A program made the position numbers and the translations under genes. The notes under the pieces were generated by a model. It saw only the letters and a list, made by a program, of their open reading frames with translations, did not search any database and had not been told where the DNA came from. Shown in pieces: positions 13,578 through 24,461 of a stretch of DNA of 64,000 nucleotides (the first letter of the stretch is position 1; each line of letters opens with the position of its first letter). This stretch comes from Rhina ancylostomus (lineage: Eukaryota). The stretch lies in the NCBI GenBank assembly GCA_030265395.1, contig JARFYF010000059.1, positions 16,371,206 through 16,435,205 of the forward strand, written 5' to 3'.

Positions 13578-13885
13578 TGCCTCTTCTACCTATCACCTCT
13601 CAGCTTATTACATCTTCTCCCCCTCGCACCTACAATCCCCCTCTCACCCAGACTCGCCTATCACCTGAACTCATCCGTCCTCTGCCTGCGTGTGCTCCTC
13701 CCCCTCCCCCTCACCTTCTTATTCCGGCTTCTTCCCTCTTCTTTTCCAGTCCTGGTGAAGGGTCTCAGCCCAAAACGTCCACTGTTTATTTCTCTCCATA
13801 GATGCTGCCTGACCTGCTGAGTTCCTCCAGCACTTTTTTGTGTATTGCTCCAGATTCCAACATCTGCAGAATTTTTTGTGTCTCT
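13578..13885 (+). mobile_element. Penelope-like pseudo-LTR, inverted partner of 12921-13145
   Basis: CAGTC CTGGTGA AGGGTCTCAGCCC AAAAC GTC CACTG...GATGCTGCCTGACCTGCTGAGTTCCTCCAGCA. Confidence 0.75.
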
Positions 13886-14614
13886 GTCTTTGATTGAAGC
13901 ATACCAAGTTGCATCACCCGGATACACTCACTTATTGAGCTTGCTAATGAGGACTCTGTGCAACCTTTCGTATCACAGCCAATGAACTGTGATCCTTTGA
14001 ACAGCTGGCCCATCCTATTTTCAGAGTATTGTGTTAATTTCTGTTACTGGATGTATGTAACAATTTTTGTCATCGCTTGGTTCAATAATCCTTTCCCAAA
14101 TATCTTACAACTTTGTCATGTTTGGGTAATAATCAGGAAAGGGTTAATGTTTACAAATACTGAAAACAATCATTAGATTGGTGAAGAACAGAAACTCACC
14201 ACATCAAGTGTGGAACTGTGTGGAAGAGCATCTTTTTTTGTTTTTTGTTTAAATGTTAAAGTGACTCCTATCCTGTAACTCAAACACACCAGTAATTTAC
14301 ATGTGAGGTTAATTAATTTCAGCCAGTCTCCTGTATTGTCAGTTGCCATTGGGTCAGTGTTGACTCCTGCAGTCCTGACCTGCAGGACTAGTTCTCTCCA
14401 GAACAACCTACCCCTAACTACATCCTGAATTTGCTTCACAGACATGCTAGTGGATTCTTTGATTCCATACATCCACTTTTTTGCAGCCTTATTTTTCTTC
14501 TGTTTTATTTCGCTTGTATTAGAACAACTTAATAACGATATCACTGGAAACAGGAGAGTGTGATGTGAGAATCTCTATTGGTGAATAACTAAAGTTGAGT
14601 GTGGAATAGCATAT

Positions 14615-14712
14615 ATGAACCACAGAACACTACAGCACAGAAAACAGGCCATTTGGCCCTTCTAGTCTGTGCTGAAACATTATTCCGCTAGTCCCATTGA
14701 CCTGCACCCAGT
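14615..14712 (-). mobile_element. Short CR1 3'-tail fragment
   Basis: AACCACAGAACACTACAGCACAGAAAACAGGCCATTTGGCCC is the reverse complement of a CR1 3' hairpin and tail. Confidence 0.55.
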
Positions 14713-15360
14713 CTATATATGTTATTATAATTATATTGTTTGCCACATTGGTTTGATTGTATTTCTTCACAGTTGTAGTTATCTTGCTTGCCACAGGTGT
14801 TCTGATTTGAACATGTTATCATTTCTTTCTCAAGATCAGTTGAGGATGGATAATAAGTAATGCTCTTGGCAAGAATTCCTCTTTTCCATGAATGAATTTT
14901 AAAAGTATTGTTTGGGTTACATTGCATATCTTAGACTACTTCTCACACGATTGGGTTACATTGCTTGTCATTTTTAAAGTCACATTGTTCTTCATAGTTA
15001 CATTATTTAGATATATTGTTATAGTTACAATGTACATCACGTTATTTAGTTACATGGCGTGCCATATTATTAAAGTTACATTATTATAGTTATATTATTT
15101 ACTGTTACATTTTTGACAGTTATACATATTGCATGTGAANNNNNNNNNNNNNNNNNNNNNNNNNNNNNNNNNNNNNNNNNNNNNNNNNNNNNNNNNNNNN
15201 NNNNNNNNNNNNNNNNNNNNNNNNNNNNNNNNNNNNNNNCATATTGCATGTGAATTTATCGTGATGTAGTGCATGATGAAAGGATGGCATCATCAAATTT
15301 TTCACTTTTTTTCTATTTAATTTTAACTTTGGCTAACTTGAAACAAACAATTGGACAGCC

Positions 15361-15366
15361 AATAAA
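15361..15366 (+). terminator. Candidate distal poly(A) signal of DRAXIN (a proximal AATAAA is at 11363)
   Basis: AATAAA preceded by U-rich sequence, upstream of the AGTRAP CpG-rich region. Usage cannot be shown from sequence. Confidence 0.4.
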
Positions 15367-17120
15367 TATTGTGAAATGAAAAGCCTCGGCTCAGTTCGTC
15401 ATAAATCTCAATTTAGAGCGAATTGCTTTCATAATTATATTGTGCTGGAATAATGAAATCCGTGTTGAACCACCAGGCAATCCCTACCCTAAAGCTCTGT
15501 AGGAATACCTTGTTCACAGAAAAGCCCATCGTCACATTTCAGGGGAAATAGATCTGGGTTATGATTGCTGGCCTTGTCAGTGATACCCATATGCCAAGAT
15601 CAGTGTATTTTGAAAAAAAAACAGACGAAGCAAGTTCGACAATGCCTATAATCAAATAGTTTCAGATATTGACAGCATCCATGGTCTGAAGCCAGTTGTC
15701 TCGGCCCCAGTGTATCTTTGCCGGTCTCCTAGGTACTTAACCTGCTTCATCAATGAACTTCCCTCCATCATAAGGTCAGAATGAGGATGTTCTCTGATGA
15801 TTAGGTAATGTTCACTTCTATTCATAACTCTTCAAGTAGCCTCGTCCATGCCTTGCATGCAGCAGTACTCGGGTGGCATTTATGAATGGACGAATAAGTG
15901 GAAAATAACGCTCACGCCGAACAGATGTCCGGCAGTGACCATATCAAAAGAAGCGAAACGCATTCTCTTGACATTAAATAGTTCTTCTTCAAACAGTGCA
16001 GACATCGACTTGCACTGGGGTTCAGGTTCTCTCCTCTCCCAGCTTTCGTTGGGGCCCATCCTTTGTTCTTTTGTGCCCCATCTCCAGAAATGACAAATAA
16101 TTGGAGCACAGGTTAATTTGTCCTAATCCACTTTCCATCAAGACACGATAAAATGGATAAATGTAGAAGCGTGATTTTCCGCTTTTCTAATCCAGGAGTC
16201 AGAAACGGATGCTCCCCCCCAGTCAGTGCAGAGCTGATTGGGCAAAAGCTTGTCAATCACGTTTGGTGCTCACAATGCTGGAGACAAACTGATGGTATGA
16301 ACGTAATTTGCATGTAACTATCTTCCACGTTGATTTTTTTCCCTCTGGAGAAATTACTGTGGTTATTGAAAGGTTAATATTTCCTCCACTTTCTAGATAG
16401 ATCATTTTCTGAGTAAATTGACTTTGTTTTGCTATACAATAATCTATTTGCCGTAAACCCGGATAAATGCTGCTGTATTTTAAAATGGGCAGTGTATCAG
16501 CAATATAAGTAATCTAATGCGATGAAGTACTTGACGTTCTAGAATGGAATTTTAACATAATTCCTGATGGCGGCAGTGGAATGATGCTTTGCGCTTGATT
16601 CAGCAGACTGGCATACCCAAAAAGATGCATTCTCACCACAAGTATTTGAAGATTAATGTTAATGTAATTCTTGGACTCCTGGTGATTGTTGGTCCATGGA
16701 GCTGGTCCTCCGCGATTGGTTAATCCAGAATCTGCCCCCAACCCTCATGTCTGATTCGGATCATTCTGTACGCACAAGTGACAGAAAGCGCGGTAAACTG
16801 TTGAATATCACACCTACTGATCTCCAACCAGTGATAACATACTGCTAGCATATTTGTTTCGGTATTAATTCCCTCAGAGTTAGCACTAAACCGCAGTTAA
16901 AAGATGAAAACTTTAATATTTGCTTGCCAGCATCGATGCAAAACAATTTAATGATTTTAAAGAAAAAATACAGTTAGATTTTATTGTAATCTATCATTTC
17001 AAATGCGCTGGAGGCAAAGGCTCAAATGCGAACACAGGGTGAATATTCGCAATACAACGCGCGGCAGTTTGATATAGAGGAAGTCAAGTGCCAACGCTGA
17101 GGCAGCACACGGTAAAACCC

Positions 17121-17302
17121 GGAGACATAAGAGACTGCAGATGGTTGAATCTGGAGCAAAGTGAAACAAACTGCTGGAGGAACTCAGTGAGCCGAGCAGC
17201 ATCTGTGGAGGCAGAGGGATGGTCAATGTTTCAGGTCGAGATCCTGCATCAGGACTTATCTCCACAGATGCTGCTTGGCCCGCTGATTTCCTCCAGCACT
17301 TG
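17121..17302. mobile_element. Palindromic pLTR-derived element
   Basis: Inverted arms TGCTGGAGGAACTCAG..GCAGCATCTGTGGAG and CTCCACAGATGCTGC..CTGATTTCCTCCAGCA surround a minus-strand CTGATGC-AGGATCTCGACCT-GAAACATTGAC. Confidence 0.7.
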
Positions 17303-17559
17303 GTAAAACCCAGTGTTTCACTCAACAAGAGCGAACTACTCAGCGGTCACTTGATCGTGGGCCAAATGTTTGTGGTGAATATTCATCCGATCTCATGCAC
17401 TGAGCAGTTGATCTTTACAAAAACACACATCACCCTACGGGGTTGGGTCAATACTGATCAGCTCGGAGCTGAGCGGATTTTTCTTCAGCTTCAATTCTAG
17501 AGCAAAATGTCACAAACGTTGAAGACAGGAAAGTTAGAATCTTTAAACCTTGGATTATT

Positions 17560-17960
17560 TCGGTTCCACTGTTCGAGGATTATGCAGTACAATTCTGGAG
17601 CGTATTAAAGACCACAATGTTTATTCTGATGTTCCACGATTTCCCTTTTAGCCTGGGAGCTGGGAAACCAGTTAATAGGCAAGTGCGGAAGGACCTGGGA
17701 GCCGTTCCTCCCCCTGCAAAATGTGGTATCATGTGTCTCCCGGTCACGTGATCGATTCTGAAGTTTTGCTCTAAGTGAAGAGGCGACGATGGAGATACCA
17801 GTGATCAACTTAAAGGTAAACGTTCAGGAATGAATTATGGGACTGGGATGGCGGGGCAAACTCGGGTTACCAGGGAAATTTAAAGCGCAGGGTTATCGGT
17901 GCGGATCCAGCGGTGAAAATCCGGCATCGGTAGAAGTGAAAACAACAGTATAACATTTAA
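17560..17960 (+). promoter_or_regulatory. AGTRAP CpG-enriched promoter with E-box GTCACGTGAT (17743-17752) and ETS-like CGGAAG (17686-17691)
   Basis: Local CpG enrichment around the start codon; motifs read directly from the sequence. Confidence 0.65.
17789..17815 (+). CDS. AGTRAP: AGTRAP exon 1 (coding part)
   Basis: ACGATGG start context; MEIPVINLK (human MELPAVNLK); donor AAG|GTAAAC. Confidence 0.93.
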
Positions 17961-18399
17961 CGTAGGAACATCCCTCAGGGCGCTTCACACAAGTATGATT
18001 AAACCAAAGAAATGCGGTATTGGAGTTGCTGAGCAAAAGCTTGGTCAAAGAGGCGGCACGATAAATGGGAGCGTTATAGGGCTGGAGAAGATTGCAGTTA
18101 TGGAAGGGAGAAAACATGGAGGAAGAGAGGAGGAAAAAAAGCTAAAAGATGTTAAATTCGAGGCACTGCTTCAACAGCGGCCAGTATAGCTCAGAAAGCA
18201 TAAGGTTAATGGGTGAGCGAAACTTTATGCAAAGTTTTGGACGACCATGTGTTTATGTAAGTTCGAACAAGATAGAATAGTTCGGGTTTTGTTTGGCAAA
18301 TCATGTCTGGATGAACGTTTAACTAAACTGGTGTGGTGGGGCTGCTATACTTTCCTTTTCCCTCAATGCCATTCCACCACCATTTTCATCGCCTTGTAC

Positions 18400-19720
18400 C
18401 TCGGAAACTGAGTGTAATCGAAGGCCCCACCCTGCTACCTGCAAGGACTCAATTTCATTCTCCCAGTTTATCTGTTGAAAACCTGTGATGATGAGACTTT
18501 CCACGCAGCTGCCTCTGAGATGTCTTCCTTTTCCTTGAACTTAGTTTCTCATCTACCATATTTGATAGTCCTTTATCGTTTACACCTCTGCTCCTCCTAG
18601 CCAGAACAAGGACAGAGTTCCCCTGGACCTGGCCTTCCATCCTTGCATTCAAAGGATGATCCTTCAGAAATTCGGCCACCCTCACCAGGATGCCACCACC
18701 AGATACATCTTCCCCCCTCTCCCCTTTCATCTCTTTGAATGGGCTATACCCTTTGCAACTCCTGTGGTCTGCTCTCCCACTCCATCAACCATCCCTTTTC
18801 TCGCTGCACTTTCCCATGCAGTTACAGAGATTGGTATTGGTATTTGGTATTGGTCTATTATTGTCACTTGTGCCAAGGTACAGTGAAAAGCTTGTCTTAC
18901 AAACCAATCATACAGGTCAATTCATTACACAGTGCAGTTACATAGAGTCAGTACAGAGTGCATTGATGTAGTACAGGTAAAAACAATAACAGAGTAAAGT
19001 GTCACAGCTACAGAGAAAGTGCAGTGCAATAAGGTGAGAGGTCACAACAGGTAGATCGTGAGGTCATAGTCCATCTCATTGTATAAGGGAACCGTTCAGT
19101 AGTCTAATCACAGTGGGGTAGAAGCTGACCTTAAGTCTGGTGGTACGTTCCTTCCGCCTCCTGTATCTTCTACCCGATAGAAGAGGAGAAAAGAGAGAAT
19201 GTCCTGGGTGGATGGGGTCTTTGATTATGCTGGCTGCTTCACCAAGACAGCGAGAGGTAAAGACAGAGTTCAGGGAGGGGAGGCTGATGTCCGAGTTGTG
19301 TCCACAACTCTCTGCAGTTTCTTGTGGTCCTGGGCAGAGCAGTCACCGTACAAGCCGTGATACATCCAGATAGGAAGATGAGATTATAAAAGAGGACCTG
19401 CGTTTTTACCTCATCCCTTCCCATCACCCAGGGACTCAGACTGTCTTTTTGGGTGAAATCCACTCACTCACACTTCCAATCTGGTTTATTGCATGTGCTT
19501 TCCTCTACATTGGAGGATACTGTATGATGGCCTTGAGGAACACCCCTTTTCAGTCCCCAGGACAACCCTGATATTCCAGTTGTTTGCTGCTTCATTGTCC
19601 ATCCCCCTCCCACTTGCTGTTCCAGTGACATCCAATGCAAGCGTGAGGAACAGCATTTCATGTTTCATCTGGGTGCAACGCAGCCTTTGGAATTCAAAAT
19701 TAACAATATCAGATGATTTG
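18400..19720 (+). mobile_element. Decayed Penelope-like element (RT thumb/linker plus GIY-YIG), split by a Rex1 insertion
   Basis: Motifs HPATCKDSISFSQF, NKDRVPLDLAFHP, IQRMILQKF..DATTRYIFPP, then SNLVYC, LYIG and KREEQHFMFHLG..QP after the insertion. Confidence 0.8.
18830..19374 (-). mobile_element. Rex1/Babar-type LINE 3' end
   Basis: Minus strand encodes LLSGRRYRRRKERTTRLKVSFYPTVIRLLNGSL, followed by a 3' UTR and a (CCAATA)n-like tail. Same family as 60112-60450. Confidence 0.75.
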
Positions 19721-19804
19721 CTTTTTGTGTTTGTATTGGAATTAGCCAGTTTTGCAAAAGCATTGCCTATCTGTAATATTTACTCTAAATGAAAATTTTT
19801 AAAA

Positions 19805-19995
19805 ACTGCAGATGCTGGAAATCTGAAATAAAATGAGAAAATACTGCAAAAACTCAACAGATAAGGCAGTATTAGTGGAAACAGAGTCAATGTTTCAGGT
19901 GTGGGACCCTTTGTCAGACCCAAAAGGTTGACTGTTTCTTGTTCCACATTTGCTGTCTTACCTGCTGAATTTTTCCAGCATTTTCTGTTTCTATG
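19805..19995. mobile_element. Palindromic pLTR-derived element (old)
   Basis: Inverted arms around a minus-strand CTGACAA-AGGGTCCCACACCT-GAAACATTGAC. Confidence 0.55.
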
Positions 19996-20572
19996 TAACA
20001 TTAACCAGTGTTTCTCTTTCTAATGACACTACCAGATCTACTGGACAATTTCATCATTCTCCTTTTGGATTAGATCTCAGCAATAGGTTTGACCTGCATT
20101 TCCCAGCTTTTACGTAGTCTTCCGTTAGTTTCTCACTCTGTAACCATTCTCATTGAACTATTAACCAGACGGCTCAGTCACTTCAGCAGATCTGATCGTG
20201 CAATATCAGGGAGATTTTCTTTGTCCTAACCATTCCTCCCCTACCCTCTCTGCAATTCAAAACCAACATGTTTCTCACTTGCTCAGCTCTGCTGAAAGGT
20301 CTTTGGCCTGAAATGTTAATTCTGTTTCTTTTCCCACAAATATTGTCTGACATATAGAGTATTTCTGGTATTTTCTGCTTTTATCTCACCGAGGTATCTT
20401 GTTCATGTGTGTGCATAGTCCCAGATATCTGTTACTCTTGAGGTTCAGGGTATAATCCAGAATGTTCCATGATTCCCATGGATAATATTGAGGGACATAT
20501 GCTTGGCATACGATTTGTTAGTGTCTCTGGAACTGTAAAGTTTGTTCAGTTGACCTGGTTCTGTCCCCACAG

Positions 20573-20607
20573 ATGATCATCACTGTGCACTGGCTTCTAA
20601 CAACCTG
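20573..20607 (+). CDS. AGTRAP: AGTRAP exon 2
   Basis: 35 nt; MIITVHWLLTTW; cccacag acceptor and GTGAGT donor. Confidence 0.94.
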
Positions 20608-20704
20608 GTGAGTGATGGAAGTTTTTTAATCCAGTCTTGAATTACTGTGTTCCAACTGAAATATATGTATGATACTAACAATGACCACCAACTGCATTTC
20701 TGAA

Positions 20705-21300
20705 ACTTAGAAAAGTAGGAGTAGGAATAGGCCATTCAGCTCTTCGAGCCACTCTACTACCTAATACGATAATGGCTGATCCTGCATATCAATACTATAT
20801 TCCTGTTCTCTTCCCACAATCCTTAATGCCTTTTGTCTGTCCATCTTCATCTTCAATATATTCAGCAACTTGGCCTCCACAGCTCTCTGCGGTAATGAAT
20901 TCCACTGTTTCACCAGCCTCTGAGTGAAGAAACTCCTCCTCATTGTGTTCATAAAGGCCAATTCGTATCCTGAGACCGTGATCCCAGTTTTCAATCCTCC
21001 TCCTGCCCTGTCCCAGCCAGAGGAAATAACTTATCTGTATCCAACCTATTGAGCCTTGTCAGACTTTTGTGCATTTCAATAAGATCTCCTTTTTATAAAT
21101 CCTAGTGAATACAGGCCTTGTTGATCCAATTTCTCTTTGTATGACATTCCTGTAATCCCAGGAATCAGTTGTTGTATGCCCTTTACAGCAGTTATATCCT
21201 GTCTTGGGTAAAGAGACCAAACTCCACACAGTACTTTAGATTTAATATCACCAGGACCCTATATAATTATAAGATATTCTATTGTGCCTGAATTCAATGT
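20705..21300 (-). mobile_element. CR1 LINE 3' fragment
   Basis: MRRSFFTQRLVKQWNSLPQRAVEA is the typical CR1 ORF2 C-terminus; 3' UTR follows. Confidence 0.8.
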
Positions 21301-22571
21301 TGCAACGTTTACTGTTTGATCAGGATCATTTTTGGAATCAGTTCATTTTAACAAAAATATTACTGTTATTCCAGAGGAAGTCTGCATGTAGAAATCTGAA
21401 GGTGGGAGAGAGGCAAGTCATATCTTGTTCTGTTCTGTTGCTTCAGCCCAGTTTCCCATTTTGAAATGCTGTTTAAAAAAATTCACATGCATCTGTGATC
21501 TTGGCTCAGACTACTTGTGCAGGGGATAGTTTGGGTGTGTTCAACAGGAAAGGAGTTGAGAATCATAGAACATTAAATGGCAGAAATATCCCTTTTCTCA
21601 TGCAAATAATGCATGTTTTCCTCTATTTTGTTCCCAGTCTATTTAAGTGAGACCTCTACATTCTCAGTCTTATTGCGTTCTTGTTCCTTTCAAGCAAACC
21701 ACTTAACGCTAGAGTTCTAATCTTTGAAATTGGTAATAATCTCTATCGTAGATGACTGAGTCAGATTATTACAGATCAAAATCAGTTTATGCTGAGTGAA
21801 TTGTTAAAGTTAGAGTGAGACATTAAAATAGTTTGTGAAGCTGAACCAATTTATGGCTTTGAACGTGTTGCTGTCACTCTGTGGATATTGAAAAGGATTT
21901 AATTAATTTATCCCAAGAACTTGTCAATTTACAAGAACAATATATAGAAGCAAAAAGTGTTTTAGGTTTATTGAGCCAGGCACCAAAGTGAAGTTCTGCT
22001 AATGCAATCAGTGTTATTTCAGCATTTATAATCCAAGTGCATCTTTGACCATTTGGGCAGATCAAGGAAATTTCATATATGGACGGAGCCCTACCTTGGG
22101 TATAGTGATATTGATATTGCCTTGTTGAGGCCCACTTCCTCCTTGTGATGAATGCAGTCAAGCCATTATAAGTTGGTCTTGCACTTCTCCCTTTTCTATT
22201 ACAAAGCAGCAATATGCAAGAAATGTTTTGCCTACAGTGAGGCACTGAACATTGCCAAGTGACTTATGGTGCTGGGAGAAATATATTTATAATTGGATTG
22301 AGAACTACTTGTTTGGGATTTTGAGCAAATTTTGTTATCGCAGTAAAACAAGAACTTTAAGATTACTGGGAAGAATACCTAAGCTAAGAGGAAGTGGAGA
22401 GGGAATCTGTTGTTGCACATCAAGATCAAGACTTGAAACTTAGAATATTTTGAAAGCTCTCCAATTGCATAATCCATCAAATCTGAGATGGCTGAGACTG
22501 CTGTACATCCCCGAAAGAAACTGAACAATTCCGTGGAGAGAGAGGCTAAAGGTGATTTTCTTTTTTGACAG

Positions 22572-22683
22572 GGGCTGTTTGTATTTCTGGCTTCCACAAG
22601 CCTACATCTGGAGTAATTATGCTGTTCTGGCCATTGGCGTTTGGGCCATTGCTCAGAGAGACTCTGTTGATGCTGTTGCCATG
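22572..22683 (+). CDS. AGTRAP: AGTRAP exon 3
   Basis: GCLYFWLPQAYIWSNYAVLAIGVWAIAQRDSVDAVAM; GTGAGT donor. Confidence 0.96.
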
Positions 22684-24307
22684 GTGAGTACTTTTTCCCT
22701 AACATTGGCATTGTTTTCCATAGTGTGGCAATATCTGTTGCCACTAGTGACCCTATTCCCACCTGTCCTAATCCACTGACCTTTGCTAGAACAGAATTCA
22801 CAAATGCTGAGTACTCTTTTTTTCCTTTCCCAAGTTACTGTTCTTTACAGTATTGGCTGACTATTTAAATGTGGGGGCATCACAGGTGAGCTTCCTGTGC
22901 ATGTCCACCAGCTGTCTCTATACAGTAATAAAACATACTACTAAGTTGATCAGACAATCTTCAGATGGTGGTGAGGGATGGTCACAAAGTCAGTCTTGCT
23001 TAACAAAAAGACCTAGAATCTTCTTGACATGTGGTTCACCTCATATTTTGCAAATTAAATCCTTCATAATATTTGTTTCTGTTTCATATCCTGCGATGCT
23101 GCTATCTTTTTAAGGTTCTGGCCATACTTCAGTGAAGTGGCAGGGAACACTTTAATTGTAAAAGTTAATCCAATGAAGAAAAATATTTATGCTTCCTTCA
23201 AAAGAAAGTGAGCCAGAGTAAATGTTGCTGGGATTAAAGAACTTGTTTATCTTGTTATACAGTGGCTGCCTGTTGTACATTAATGGGTAGCATGCAGACA
23301 AACTTGCTGTATTTAACAATATCAAGATCTGACGATATAGTCAGCTTGGCTTAGTTGATGGCATTTCAACTTCTGAAGATCATGGGTTCAAGGCTTGCAG
23401 CAGTGGTTGCTTCCTTAGTACTGAGCCAGCCATCTGCCCATTGCACTGTTGGAACACCTTGTGAATGTTAAAGGTCCTGAGACACAAAGTCCAAGTTTTC
23501 AGTGTCCACTGCTGTTTGTTTTGAAATTGTTGTCTGCACATTGCCTGCAATGTTCACCTCCAAAACAGTGATTGCATTGAAACAATTCATTAAAGCCCAA
23601 GGGGGTGAACTCTTTGGGCTTTACTTTTCCTTTTTTCTACCTTTTTCACACTCTACCAGGCCTCCCTCTTCAGTTCCATATCTCTCCCTATCACCCTCTG
23701 TCCAAACCCCCACCCACTCCCCCTTTCCACCGTANNNNNNNNNNNNNNNNNNNNNNNNNNNNNNNNNNNNNNNNNNNNNNNNNNNNNNNNNNNNNNNNNN
23801 NNNNNNNNNNNNNNNNNNNNNNNNNNNNNNNNNNNNNNNNNNNNNNNNNNNNNNNNNNNNNNNNNNNNNNNNNNNNNNNNNNNNNNNNNNNNNNNNNNNN
23901 NNNNNNNNNNNNNNNNNNNNNNNNNNNNNNNNNNNNNNNNNNNNNNNNNNNNNNNNNNNNNNNNNNNNNNNNNNNNNNNNNNNNNNNNNNNNNNNNNNNN
24001 NNNNNNNNNNNNNNNNNNNNNNNNNNNNNNNNNNNNNNNNNNNNNNNNNNNNNNNNNNNNNNNNNNNNNNNNNNNNNNNNNNNNNNNNNNNNNNNNNNNN
24101 NNNNNNNNNNNNNNNNNNNNNNNNNNNNNNNNNNNNNNNNNNNNNNNNNNNNNNNNNNNNNNNNNNNNNNNNNNNNNNNNNNNNNNNNNNNNNNNNNNNN
24201 NNNNNNNNNNNNNNNNNNNNNNNNNNNNNNNNNNNNNNNNNNNNNNNNNNNNNNNNNNNNNNNNNNNNNNNNNNNNNNNNNNNNNNNNNNNNNNNNNNNN
24301 NNNNNNN

Positions 24308-24461
24308 CGTATGTCTCCTAAGCAAGGCAGTGATCCACTGAGGGATCAGTTCCGCTTCAGTGTTGGCATGGCCATCTTGAGCCTCCTTCTGAAACCACTT
24401 TCTTGTCTCTTTGTGTATCAGATGTACAAGGAGCGAGGGGGAGATTACAATCTAAACATCG
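24308..24461 (+). CDS. AGTRAP: AGTRAP exon 4 (5' part lost in the N gap)
   Basis: RDQFRFSVGMAILSLLLKPLSCLFVYQMYKERGGDYNLNI; donor G|GTAAGA (phase 1). Confidence 0.94.

Noticed and set aside
23502-24341. Long ORFs spanning N runs (also 12970-13820 and 27456-27871)
   Set aside because: Their length comes from assembly gaps.
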